Assembly: GCA_900317715.1 (NCBI GenBank)
Contig: ONHS01000002.1
Span: 20,183 to 84,182, forward strand
DNA length: 64,000 bases
Direction: 5' to 3'
Origin: an uncultured Bacteroidales bacterium
Lineage (GTDB): Bacteria > Bacteroidota > Bacteroidia > Bacteroidales > WCHB1-69
Part shown: positions 29,400-37,737 of the stretch, piece after piece
How positions within the stretch are numbered: the first letter of the stretch is position 1
How the letters are laid out: each line of letters begins with the position of its first letter
The notes under the pieces: generated by a model
Databases searched by the model: none
What the model was told of the DNA's origin: nothing
The model's input: only the letters and a program-made list of their open reading frames with translations
Position numbers and translations under genes: made by a program

Positions 29400-30443
29400 A
29401 TGAATGGTTTTTATTTGTACTTTTGCGGCATGATTCAGAGCAAACTTACAGTTGGGAATAAAGTCATCGATTTCAGCGAGTTCCCGGGAGCGGCGACGCT
29501 GCGGGAGGTGGCTGAAGACGGCGTTTGCACAACCTACTGCAACAATGAATACCTGAGCAGCCGGCTGACGGAGAACCCCGTGGGACGCTATATGCTGCTG
29601 ACCCAAAGCGCCAAATGTTTCGTGGATTGCGAGCTGGAGGTGCATCGGACTGGCGCCCCCGTGATGTTGATGACGCTGGCGAAACACAGCGACAACATCC
29701 GGAGAACCCGGCCACAAGAGGAACGTTTCTGGCTGACCGGCGACGTGTGCCTTTCGCTTTTCCCGCAGGAGGACACCGTCGTAAACCACTGCAAACAAGG
29801 GGAAACGTTAGAGTTGTTCAACATCGTGATAGCTGAATCAATTGTGCGGCAGTTGGCCGAACGCCATCCCGACGAGCTGAACCGATTCTGCCAAGATTTC
29901 GACCGAGGCGAAGTATTCTACTACACCAAACCCAACACGCAGGCTTCTCGCAAGCTGCTTAACGTTTTCCGTTCCGTGGAGCATTGCAACGAAATGGGCA
30001 ACTACGCAGAGAAATACATCGAGGCCAACGTCCTCGACTGCCTTTCGATGATGATTAACGGCACGAATGGTTCCGACGAGATGCTTTCTCCCGTCAACCT
30101 GGTCCTTTCCGACAAGGTGCATGAGGCTCGCGACATCATGACGACACAGTACCAGAACCCGCCGTCGTTACACGATTTGGCTACCATGGTGGGGACCAAC
30201 GAATGTACGCTGAAATCGGCCTTCAAGCAGGAGTTCGGCACCACCGTCTTCCAGTGCCTCTTCGATCGCCGTATGGAGTTAGCCTCCCATTATCTGCTTG
30301 ATTCACAGCTTCCCATCGCCGAAGTCGGCTTCTTGCTTGGCTACGATTACCAAAGTCATTTCTGCACCGCCTTCAGAAGAAAGTACGGGATATCGCCCAG
30401 CGAATACCGCGAGCAAAAAGGTGATGCTACTCTGAAGAAATAA
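29400..30443 (+). CDS. AraC-family transcriptional regulator
   Basis: C-terminal dual HTH (LHDLATMVGTNECTLKSAFKQEFG...IAEVGFLLGYDYQSHFCTAFRRKYGISPSEYR). The start is ambiguous (29400 or 29430) because a TACTTTTG box lies at about 29417-29424. Confidence 0.85.
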   Translation: MNGFYLYFCGMIQSKLTVGNKVIDFSEFPGAATLREVAEDGVCTTYCNNEYLSSRLTENPVGRYMLLTQSAKCFVDCELEVHRTGAPVMLMTLAKHSDNIRRTRPQEERFWLTGDVCLSLFPQEDTVVNHCKQGETLELFNIVIAESIVRQLAERHPDELNRFCQDFDRGEVFYYTKPNTQASRKLLNVFRSVEHCNEMGNYAEKYIEANVLDCLSMMINGTNGSDEMLSPVNLVLSDKVHEARDIMTTQYQNPPSLHDLATMVGTNECTLKSAFKQEFGTTVFQCLFDRRMELASHYLLDSQLPIAEVGFLLGYDYQSHFCTAFRRKYGISPSEYREQKGDATLKK

Positions 30444-30571
30444 GAGTTATTCGCCAGACCGAATCCGTTGCAAATGTGCTAAATTCCGTAAGATGAAAAT
30501 CACGCTTCGGATTAAAGTGTACTTTTGCCGCCCGAAAAAAAATGGAGAATAACAATTAAAAATTTAGAGAT

Positions 30572-31276
30572 ATGAAAAAGACTTTGATCATGATTTCATT
30601 GTGCGCCTTGTTTTTTGGTTGCACGAAAGATTGGGGTAATCCCACAACCCGTAACTATCCTATCGACGGTGCCTTCACCGAACTTGATGTGAGCAACGCT
30701 TTCCATGTGACCGTGAGCGACCAGGTGACAGACGTAGTTGTCACAGTGGACGATATGGCTCACGAAAAAGTGGTGGTAAAAGTCGTCAATGGTAAACTGC
30801 AAATCGGTTTCAAGCCGAACACTTGGTACAACGGCACCAAAGCCGTGGCCGTCATCCCTGCCACCGAAAATCTGCGCGATATTGATCTCAGTGGTGCTTC
30901 CTCTTTCACGGGCGACCTCAACGGTCACGACGTGGACATTGACCTCAGCGGCGCTTCCTATTTCCAAGGTTCTGTGGAAGCCGATAAGATCGACCTCGAC
31001 CTCAGTGGTGCTTCAAAAGCCGTTATGAACGGTTTCTGTACAGAGAAGATGGATATTGACATCAGTGGTGCCAGCACTTTGAACGCTTCCCTTCTGGAAA
31101 CTCCGTCCGTGTTTGGAGACCTTAGCGGTGCCAGTACGGCCGATGTCACAATCTGTTCCCATATGAATGTGAGTTTGAGTGGTGCAAGTACACTCATCTA
31201 CGGTCTTGTTTCTCCTGATTGCAATCCTGTCATCAACTGTTCATGTACCGGCGCTTCAACGTATAGACCGCGGTAA
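30572..31276 (+). CDS. DUF2807 / GIN-domain lipoprotein (putative adhesin-head beta-helix)
   Basis: Lipobox FFGC, with LSGAS[ST] repeated about 7 times at regular spacing. Confidence 0.75.
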   Translation: MKKTLIMISLCALFFGCTKDWGNPTTRNYPIDGAFTELDVSNAFHVTVSDQVTDVVVTVDDMAHEKVVVKVVNGKLQIGFKPNTWYNGTKAVAVIPATENLRDIDLSGASSFTGDLNGHDVDIDLSGASYFQGSVEADKIDLDLSGASKAVMNGFCTEKMDIDISGASTLNASLLETPSVFGDLSGASTADVTICSHMNVSLSGASTLIYGLVSPDCNPVINCSCTGASTYRPR

Positions 31277-31354
31277 AATAGGAAATTGCTGAAAAGTTAA
31301 GGTAGTCAAATACATTGACGAAAAGCAAACACCTAACTGCAAAAACCAACAGAA

Positions 31355-32638
31355 ATGGCAAAGAGAACAACAAAGAAACATCTTTTCGGAAAAATTCTTC
31401 TAGCGTTGCTGATAGGAGTTACAGTGCTATGTTGTTTTTATTCCTATTTCGGGGGCTTCAAGAGGCCTAAACCCATTGACAAAGAGGAATTTTCAAAGTG
31501 TTCGAGCACTATTTCGGATATCTCTGTCCCCGATTCCGTACGCATCATCGCGTTGGGCGAAGCAACGCATGGCAATGCCGAGTTTCAGCAGCTCAAACTT
31601 GATGTTTTCAAGTTGATGGTCGAGAAATACGGTGTGCGGGCGTTTGCGCTGGAGGGCGACTACGGCGGCTGCGAGACGGTCAACCGTTACATCCACGGCG
31701 GCGCGGGTACGGCGCAGGAGGCGGCTGCAGCCATAGGCTTCCCCATCTACAGGACCGAGCAGATGGCGCAACTCATTGACTGGATGCGCCAATACAACAT
31801 GACGGCCGCTGAGGGCGAAGACCTTCGCTTCTACGGCTTCGACATGCAAATTTACGAAAAGAATTACAAGTATCTGTTAGAGGCTGCCAAGAAATACGCG
31901 GTGCCGACGGAAGAATTGGAGAAGTTGTGGGACAAGTCTGAAGACAAGTACTCAGCATCATTCACTGCCGACCAGAAAGCGAAAGTGATAGAAAAAGTAC
32001 GGCAGGATTTGCTGCAGTTGAACGACTCGACAACGGCGCAGGCAGTGCATTTTGCGAATATCCTGCTCCAGAATATTGCTTTAGGGAAGGTGTTTGATGA
32101 CATGTCGAAAGGGATTGCGTTGCGAGACTCGCTGATGTTCGTGAACACGCATTGGATCATGGAACAAGAGGAAGCCCGAGGCAACGCGTGTATCTTTGTC
32201 TCCGCACACAACGGCCATATTGAACGTCGCCACGATTATGGGACCCTTGGAAAAGCGATGGGTGCCATGCTGGCAAACGAGCTTGGCAAGGTCTATTTCG
32301 CCATCGGCACGGATTTCTGCAAGGCGAAGGTCAGTTTGCCGAAGGGGAAACGCGGCAAACGCAGTAACCACACCTTCTTCTCAAAAGACCCGCTGGCCGA
32401 AGCTGCAAAAGAATGCGGATACGAGACCTGCTGGCTCGACTTCGCTTCCGTACCCGAAAGTTCTACACTATCCTCGCGGCTCTCCGAATACACCTGGCTC
32501 GGTGACGTAGGCGAAGGCTACTCCCCGCTCATGGCGATTTTCCCGCAGTCCTACCGCGACTGGGACTGCCCCGCAACACTCTACAACGGCATGATCTTCG
32601 TCACCAACGCGCACCCAATACTGGTACTCAAGGAGTAA
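31355..32638 (+). CDS. Erythromycin-esterase-family (Ere-like) protein with an N-terminal TM anchor
   Basis: IIALGEATHGNAEFQQLKLDVFKLMVEKYGVRAFALEGDY...VNRYIHGG matches the family N-terminal signature. 427 aa. Confidence 0.75.
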   Translation: MAKRTTKKHLFGKILLALLIGVTVLCCFYSYFGGFKRPKPIDKEEFSKCSSTISDISVPDSVRIIALGEATHGNAEFQQLKLDVFKLMVEKYGVRAFALEGDYGGCETVNRYIHGGAGTAQEAAAAIGFPIYRTEQMAQLIDWMRQYNMTAAEGEDLRFYGFDMQIYEKNYKYLLEAAKKYAVPTEELEKLWDKSEDKYSASFTADQKAKVIEKVRQDLLQLNDSTTAQAVHFANILLQNIALGKVFDDMSKGIALRDSLMFVNTHWIMEQEEARGNACIFVSAHNGHIERRHDYGTLGKAMGAMLANELGKVYFAIGTDFCKAKVSLPKGKRGKRSNHTFFSKDPLAEAAKECGYETCWLDFASVPESSTLSSRLSEYTWLGDVGEGYSPLMAIFPQSYRDWDCPATLYNGMIFVTNAHPILVLKE

Positions 32639-32644
32639 GTAATA

Positions 32645-32736
32645 GTCCCGTATGTTGCGTTGTTAACGCAACCATTGTCCCGTATGTTGCATTGCCAACG
32701 CAACCATTGTCCCGTATGTTGCGTTGCCAACGCAAC
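32645..32736 (+). repeat. REP-like array A (3 units of 32 nt)
   Basis: GTCCCGTATGTTGCGTTG[TC][TC]AACGCAACCATT x3. Each unit contains the palindrome GTTGCGTTG-c-CAACGCAAC. Confidence 0.9.
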
Positions 32737-32785
32737 ACAAAACAATCCTTATTTTATGAATTTTTGCCGTTAAAAACAAATCAAC

Positions 32786-33283
32786 ATGAACTGGACCATC
32801 ATCATCATCGAAACCCTCGTCATGACCGCCGCATTCACGGCCATGATCCTGATTCCGCTAGTGAAGAACCCCGTGTGGTGGATTCACGACTACCCGGAAG
32901 ACATCCAGGAAGAGTACTTCAAGACGCACGAGCGCGTGCCGTCGAAGTTCTTCACCAAAACCGTGCTGCTCAAGAAGGGCTTTGCACTGCTCGTCACCCT
33001 TGCTGTGATGCTCGGACTAATGAAACTGGCCGGCGCCTACAATTTTTGGTCGGCCTTCGCTCTGAGCTACGGCATCTGGCTCTTCCTCGACTGGTACGAC
33101 TGCTTCTTCCTCGACTGGGTGCTCTTCGCCAACCTGAAGTCCGTGCGCCTGCCCGGCACCGAGCACATGGACGTAGCCTACCATCAGAAAAAGTACCACT
33201 TCGTGCAATCCCTATGGGGCATGCTCATCGGCTTGATCCCATGCCTAATCGGAGCGGGGATATATGCGTGGCTGTGCTGCTGA
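32786..33283 (+). CDS. Hypothetical integral membrane protein
   Basis: 165 aa with about 4 hydrophobic helices. No family recognised. Confidence 0.5.
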   Translation: MNWTIIIIETLVMTAAFTAMILIPLVKNPVWWIHDYPEDIQEEYFKTHERVPSKFFTKTVLLKKGFALLVTLAVMLGLMKLAGAYNFWSAFALSYGIWLFLDWYDCFFLDWVLFANLKSVRLPGTEHMDVAYHQKKYHFVQSLWGMLIGLIPCLIGAGIYAWLCC

Positions 33284-33322
33284 TTTTACCTCCCCGTTTT
33301 TTAATGAAAGCCATGGCCCCAT

Positions 33323-33444
33323 ATTGTATGTTTTCCAACATTAACACAGGTTCTGTATGTTGCGTTGTTAACGCCAGTTCTGTATGTTGCGTTGCCAACG
33401 CAACAAAAAAGTTGCCAACGCAACAAAAAAGTTGCCAACGCAAC
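33323..33444 (+). repeat. REP-like array B (one degenerate and two full units, plus 3 copies of AAAAAAGTTGCCAACGCAAC half-units)
   Basis: ttgtatgttttccaacattaacac / ttctgtatgttgcgttgttaacgc / cagttctgtatgttgcgttgccaacgcaac, then the half-unit tandem. Confidence 0.85.
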
Positions 33445-33468
33445 AAAAAAAAAAAAAAATAAAATAAC

Positions 33469-33882
33469 ATGCTCAAACTCGAAAAAATCTTAACCCTTTT
33501 CATCGGCATCGGCGCAGTGGGCGGTGCCGTGATGATGTGGATTGACCCTACGGGCGTAGCGTGGGGCGGTGAACCGCTGTTAGAGTTGTTGCGTGCGAAG
33601 ATGCCCTGGCCGGATATCTTCTTCCGGAACTTCATCCCCTCTGGCTTCATGCTGCTGTTCCTGAACGGCATCACCCAATTAGCTGCGGCCTATTTGCTTT
33701 TCAAGAAACACCCGCTCGCGCAATGGGCAGTCCTCGCCTGTGGCATCATCCTTATGCTCTGGATCGTCCTCGAATGGTGGGTTTGGGACTTCAATGCCAT
33801 CAGCAACCTCTATTTCGTGTTCGGACTAGTGGAGGCTGTGGCGGCTATTCTAAGTTTGAGGAAAGAGAAGGAGGTCAAATGA
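33469..33882 (+). CDS. Hypothetical 4-TM membrane protein
   Basis: 137 aa. Its stop overlaps the next start (ATGA). Confidence 0.5.
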   Translation: MLKLEKILTLFIGIGAVGGAVMMWIDPTGVAWGGEPLLELLRAKMPWPDIFFRNFIPSGFMLLFLNGITQLAAAYLLFKKHPLAQWAVLACGIILMLWIVLEWWVWDFNAISNLYFVFGLVEAVAAILSLRKEKEVK

Positions 33883-34409
33883 AACGTGTCCGACAATATA
33901 TCGGTATTTTGGCCGCGTTGGTGGTCTATTACCTCATCCACGAAGGGGCGCATTTGCTGCACGCGCTGATCCATGGAGTGTTCAAACAGGTCAACTTTAT
34001 GGCTTTGGGTGTTCAGATTGACGTGTTCCGCGACCAAATGACAGACGCTCAGCTGGGATGGTTTTGTCTGGCGGGTCCAATCGCCACTTTCGTTGCCGCA
34101 TGGATTATGGTGCTACTCAGCAAGCGGATTCGTCCTGCCCAAATCAACGCCTCCAAGTTGTTTTTGGCCTGTTGCTGGTACACTTCCATCGTCCTACTCC
34201 TCCTGGATCCACTCTATCTCTCAGTCATCTACCGTTTTGTGGGCGGTGGAGATATGAATGGCATCAAACTGCTAATCCCCGAGATAGCTGCAGCCATTGT
34301 TTTCGGAATTATATTTGTGCTGCACATAGTTGTATTGTGGAAGGTGCTTCTCCCAAGGTATCAGAGAGCTTTCTCTACAGCTTCCAACAATTCCTCTCCA
34401 CGAAAATAG
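33879..34409 (+). CDS. Membrane protein with an HExxH motif (putative zinc metalloprotease)
   Basis: Start at MKRVRQYIG (ATG 33879). YYLIHEGAHLLHALIHG lies within or next to TM1. 176 aa. Confidence 0.5.
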   Translation: MKRVRQYIGILAALVVYYLIHEGAHLLHALIHGVFKQVNFMALGVQIDVFRDQMTDAQLGWFCLAGPIATFVAAWIMVLLSKRIRPAQINASKLFLACCWYTSIVLLLLDPLYLSVIYRFVGGGDMNGIKLLIPEIAAAIVFGIIFVLHIVVLWKVLLPRYQRAFSTASNNSSPRK

Positions 34410-35377
34410 CCCAATATGATGCCGTTTCGGTCGATGAGGAGAACCCGCGGAACACCCGAAATGCCATAAAGCAACGACGAATTATTGCGGTCGGTGTCAA
34501 CCAACTGCGGATAGGTGATTCCCATCTCCTTGACAGCTTCATCGTGGTTCTCGATTTTGTCCCATATATCAACGCCTACCACCACAAGCCCGCTGTCGGC
34601 ATATTTTATATGCAGAGGCTTCAGCGTCTCCTCGATTTCCCTTCGGCAAGGACCACACCACGACGCCCACAAGTCCACCACTGCCACTTTGCCTGCGATG
34701 AGCGCGCTTAGGGTGGTTGTTTTGCCCGTGGCATAATCCACGGCCTCAAAATCGCGGAATGGCGAGCCTGTTTTCACCTGTATTTGAGTAGATATTTTCT
34801 GCATGTATTGGCTAAGATTCGGATGGTTCTTGACAACCGAAGAGGCAGAGGCATAGCAAGAAAGCAGACGCCGAATAGCTGGAGTGGGCTCTTCGTTATA
34901 AAGGTCTACACCCATAGTCAGAACATACGCAATGTTTAACAATATCTCCCCACCGATCTTGTTTTCGGCATTGGCTTCGTATAGCGACCAACCTGCAGAA
35001 TCCACGTAATCCTTCATTTGTTGAGTATAAGCATCGTAGATTGCGACCAGCGAATCATACATCACCTTATCCTCATCCAACACACGTACCGCCTGACGCG
35101 CTACCTGTTGCCGTGCGTTTTTCAGAGTATAACTCATACTCCTGTCTTCGGTATTGACCACGACCAGCATAGCGGTGTCTGTATGCCCTCGAAATTGGAA
35201 CATTCCGTTGGCGATGATGGCGGAGTCGATATCCGCATTTGTTTCCTTGTTGTGCATTTTCACATACGCCCCATCATAGCCTGTTATAGTGCCAACAATG
35301 GAATAATTGTTTTTCTGCGCCACAACTGCCAGCGAAATCACCAGCAAGAGCCCAAGCATAAAAGTCTCTTTCTTCAT
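34361..35377 (-). CDS. TlpA/AhpC-TSA-family thiol:disulfide oxidoreductase (secreted)
   Basis: Signal peptide from MKKETFMLGLLLVISLAVVAQ. C-terminal thioredoxin fold with WASWCGPCRRE. Confidence 0.85.
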   Translation of the reverse strand: MKKETFMLGLLLVISLAVVAQKNNYSIVGTITGYDGAYVKMHNKETNADIDSAIIANGMFQFRGHTDTAMLVVVNTEDRSMSYTLKNARQQVARQAVRVLDEDKVMYDSLVAIYDAYTQQMKDYVDSAGWSLYEANAENKIGGEILLNIAYVLTMGVDLYNEEPTPAIRRLLSCYASASSVVKNHPNLSQYMQKISTQIQVKTGSPFRDFEAVDYATGKTTTLSALIAGKVAVVDLWASWCGPCRREIEETLKPLHIKYADSGLVVVGVDIWDKIENHDEAVKEMGITYPQLVDTDRNNSSLLYGISGVPRVLLIDRNGIILGYFRGEELLEAVEKAL

Positions 35378-35527
35378 ATTCTCCTTTTTCCACGACGGAC
35401 AACAATGTCCATCTAATAGTATTAGTCGCAAATTCCAGCCAAAATGTTATATCTGGTGTTTTTTTTGCACATTTGCGAAACATTCACGCGCAAAACATTG
35501 TATTTTTGCAGCCACAAAATTCCTTGA

Positions 35528-36052
35528 ATGATGGAAACCGAAAGAATTCTGCTGCGTCCGTGGCGCGAGAGCGATGCCGAGACGCTTTACAAATACGCCT
35601 CCGACCCTGAGGTGGGGCCTCGCGCGGGATGGGCTCCGCACCAAAGCGTGGAGGAAAGCCTGGAAATTATCCGCACCGTATTCAACGATGCGCTGAACAC
35701 ATGGGCCATTGAGCTAAAAGCCACTGGCGAGGCTATTGGCGCGATGGGCTACGGTCCCTCCTGCGACTGCAAACTCCCCGCCCGCGAGAACGAACCCATC
35801 TGCGGCTATTGGGTGGCCAAGCCCTACTGGAACCAAGGCATTTGCACGGAAGCGCTGCGGCTGATGCTGGACCATATCCGCAAGACAACGGAAATCAAAT
35901 CCCTTGTCAGCGGCCACTTTATCGACAACCCCGCCTCGGGTCGCGTGATGGAGAAGTGCGGCTTCGTGCCCTCCGGAGAAACTTGCATCGACGAAACTCA
36001 ATACCAAGGAGCGGACCGGCCAATCCGGGTACTGCGACTGGAACTAAAATAG
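35528..36052 (+). CDS. GNAT-family N-acetyltransferase (RimJ/RimL-like)
   Basis: ILLRPWRESDAETLYKYASDPEV... and GYWVAKPYWNQGICTEALRLMLDH. Confidence 0.85.
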   Translation: MMETERILLRPWRESDAETLYKYASDPEVGPRAGWAPHQSVEESLEIIRTVFNDALNTWAIELKATGEAIGAMGYGPSCDCKLPARENEPICGYWVAKPYWNQGICTEALRLMLDHIRKTTEIKSLVSGHFIDNPASGRVMEKCGFVPSGETCIDETQYQGADRPIRVLRLELK

Positions 36053-36055
36053 ACT

Positions 36056-36148
36056 ATGAAGTGGCTAGAAAAATATAGACTTGGTTTCGACATTTGGGGC
36101 TTGCTCCTCTTCCTGCTGGTAATGCTCCCGAACATCATTTTGCGGTTG
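36056..36148 (+). pseudogene. 5' fragment (about 30 codons) of a paralogue of the membrane-protein gene at 49032-49490
   Basis: MKWLEKYRLGFDIWGLLLFLLVMLPNI vs MTPLKQYRFGFDPWGLLLFLLVMLPNF. A 35-nt run is identical at DNA level (tggggcttgctcctcttcctgctggtaatgctccc). Homology ends just before REP array C. Confidence 0.7.
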
Positions 36149-36191
36149 CGAACTACCTTATTTGAAAGCCATTTCTTCGCCACCTCATATC

Positions 36192-36390
36192 CCATATGTT
36201 GCGTTGCCAACGCCAGTTCTGTATGTTGCGTTGCCAACGCCAGTTCTGTATGTTGCGTTGCCAACGCAACTAAGTCCCGTATGTTGCGTCGTTAACGCCA
36301 GTTCTGTATGTTGCGTTGCCAACGCAACTAAGTCCCGTATGTTGCGTTGCCAACGCAACCAACTCCCTTATGCCGCGTTGCCAATGCAAC
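36192..36390 (+). repeat. REP-like array C (7 units)
   Basis: Units of 26-32 nt of the form [CAGTTCT|AGTCCC]GTATGTTGCGTTGCCAACGC(AAC..). Confidence 0.9.
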
Positions 36391-36393
36391 TCA

Positions 36394-37488
36394 TCATTCG
36401 CAAAGCCTTCGTGCCATCTCATTCAACTCAAGGCACTGCCCCCGACGAACAGCAAGCTTCTCATTGTGATGCTCCCAAGGAGCAAGAATTAGCAACTGTC
36501 CCTGTGCACAAGCATCCATACGCTTGCCACCCGGCTTCGCAAGATCAGTAAAACCGTTTTCTTGTATGTAAATCAACGGCAACCCCTCATCAAAAGCAGC
36601 CCGCATAATAGCTTTCTCCCCCGGCGAGATGGCAGGTGACACCAACACCGCACCTTTTCTAGCCGCTGTCAAGTATTCCGCCACTTTGATTTTTATCTCT
36701 CTTTCCGTAAGGTTGCGGGAACATTGCACCTGCAACCGGTCAGGGTAATCTAGCAAAAGGCGGTTACCAATAGCTGAAAAGGTAATGCCCGCAGCCTCCA
36801 CATTGTGCTGCACTCGGAACAAATCGGGGTGCTCGCGCTTCATCAACAGCCTGCGCGGGTTGTCAGCCAAGTAATGTCGCCAAGCGTCAAGCTGTCCTTT
36901 ACGCAGCAGCAACTTGTCATTGTAACCCCGAGCGAAAAGCATCCCATGGTTTCGGTCTTCCCCCCTTCGGTCTCGTTTCGTCTGCCTCTGTTCCGTATGT
37001 TGCTTTGTTAACGCCAGTTCTGTATATTGCGTTGTTAACGCAGGTTCAGTATGTTGCGTTGTCAACGCAACATTCATCCCCAAAAAAAGCTCCCTATAAT
37101 GCCTATTGCAGCTCTGCTTAAACCCTCTCAACGCAATCCCAATCGGCTTCTCCATTTTCTCCTTAACGAAAAGAATTCCATGCAAATGGTCGGGCATCAT
37201 CTGTAACGCGACAACCTCAATTTCGGGATTGTGAACAGGTGCCGCCCACCATTCGTCAGCCACACACTGCCCAAGCTCTGAAAGAACCATACGCGGTTCC
37301 TCGTCACTCCCTTTTAGTGCATCGCTTCTGCCCACCACCCCTCCAAAAAGCGGTCGGCGCCCCTCCGTCACCATCGTAATCATGTAAATCTGTCGGCCTG
37401 TGTAGTCATGCCCCACACAACGTCGCAGCATGGAGGGCTTCTTCTCTCCAGCATAAGCTTTCTGTGCTTCAAATGTTTCTCTTTTCAT
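36394..37488 (-). CDS. RAYT-like IS200/IS605-family Y1 (HUH) transposase with a C-terminal extension of about 130 aa
   Basis: HUH motif MPDHLHGILF (aa 98-107). Tyr region WRHYLADNPRRLL (aa 203-215), resembling the YI..NP helix of RAYT/TnpA proteins. Flanked by its cognate-looking REPs. Confidence 0.7.
   Translation of the reverse strand: MKRETFEAQKAYAGEKKPSMLRRCVGHDYTGRQIYMITMVTEGRRPLFGGVVGRSDALKGSDEEPRMVLSELGQCVADEWWAAPVHNPEIEVVALQMMPDHLHGILFVKEKMEKPIGIALRGFKQSCNRHYRELFLGMNVALTTQHTEPALTTQYTELALTKQHTEQRQTKRDRRGEDRNHGMLFARGYNDKLLLRKGQLDAWRHYLADNPRRLLMKREHPDLFRVQHNVEAAGITFSAIGNRLLLDYPDRLQVQCSRNLTEREIKIKVAEYLTAARKGAVLVSPAISPGEKAIMRAAFDEGLPLIYIQENGFTDLAKPGGKRMDACAQGQLLILAPWEHHNEKLAVRRGQCLELNEMARRLCE
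36989..37071 (+). repeat. REP-like array D (3 units) inside the RAYT coding sequence
   Basis: ttccgtatgttgctttgttaacgc cagttctgtatattgcgttgttaacgc aggttcagtatgttgcgttgtcaacgcaac. It is translated in frame as VALTTQHTEPALTTQYTELALTKQHTEQ. Confidence 0.9.
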
Positions 37489-37516
37489 AGTTTTAAGTTT
37501 TAATTTTGTTCATCGC

Positions 37517-37640
37517 CTGTTCAGTATGTTGCGTTGCCAACGCAACCGAGTTCCGTATGTTGCGTTGTTAACGCAACTCATGTTCCGTATGTTGCCTTGT
37601 TAACGCAACCAAGTTCCGTATGTTGCGTTGCCAACGCAAC
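37517..37640 (+). repeat. REP-like array E (4 units)
   Basis: ctgttcagtatgttgcgttgccaacgcaac / cgagttccgtatgttgcgttgttaacgcaac / tcatgttccgtatgttgccttgttaacgcaac / caagttccgtatgttgcgttgccaacgcaac. Confidence 0.9.
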
Positions 37641-37737
37641 TCATATTACCGCCGCAAAAGTACAACTTTTCCCTCAAAATAAAACCAACCCACCAACTTT
37701 TTGCGTATTTTTGCCGCCTCAACTTTAGCTTTATAAA

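Larger units (their letters stand above)
36192..37640 (-). mobile_element. REP-RAYT locus: tyrosine (HUH/Y1) transposase gene flanked on both sides by REP arrays
   Basis: Arrays C (7 units) and E (4 units) abut the stop (3 nt away) and lie 29 nt upstream of the start of the HUH gene. Confidence 0.75.

Noticed and set aside
32692-33462. ORFs translated across the REP arrays (32692-33462, 33225-33674, 36162-36551, 37534-37728, 35998-36264). They give repetitive peptides such as CCVANASSVCCVANA and TQHTELALATQHTE.
   Set aside because: These reading frames are created by the tandem DNA repeats. They overlap better-supported genes and contain no protein motifs.
36192-36390. A possible CRISPR array, because of regularly spaced palindromic repeats.
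   Set aside because: The units are contiguous (26-32 nt period) with no unique spacers of about 30 nt. No cas genes are present. The same unit is scattered in five arrays around an HUH transposase, which fits REP elements.
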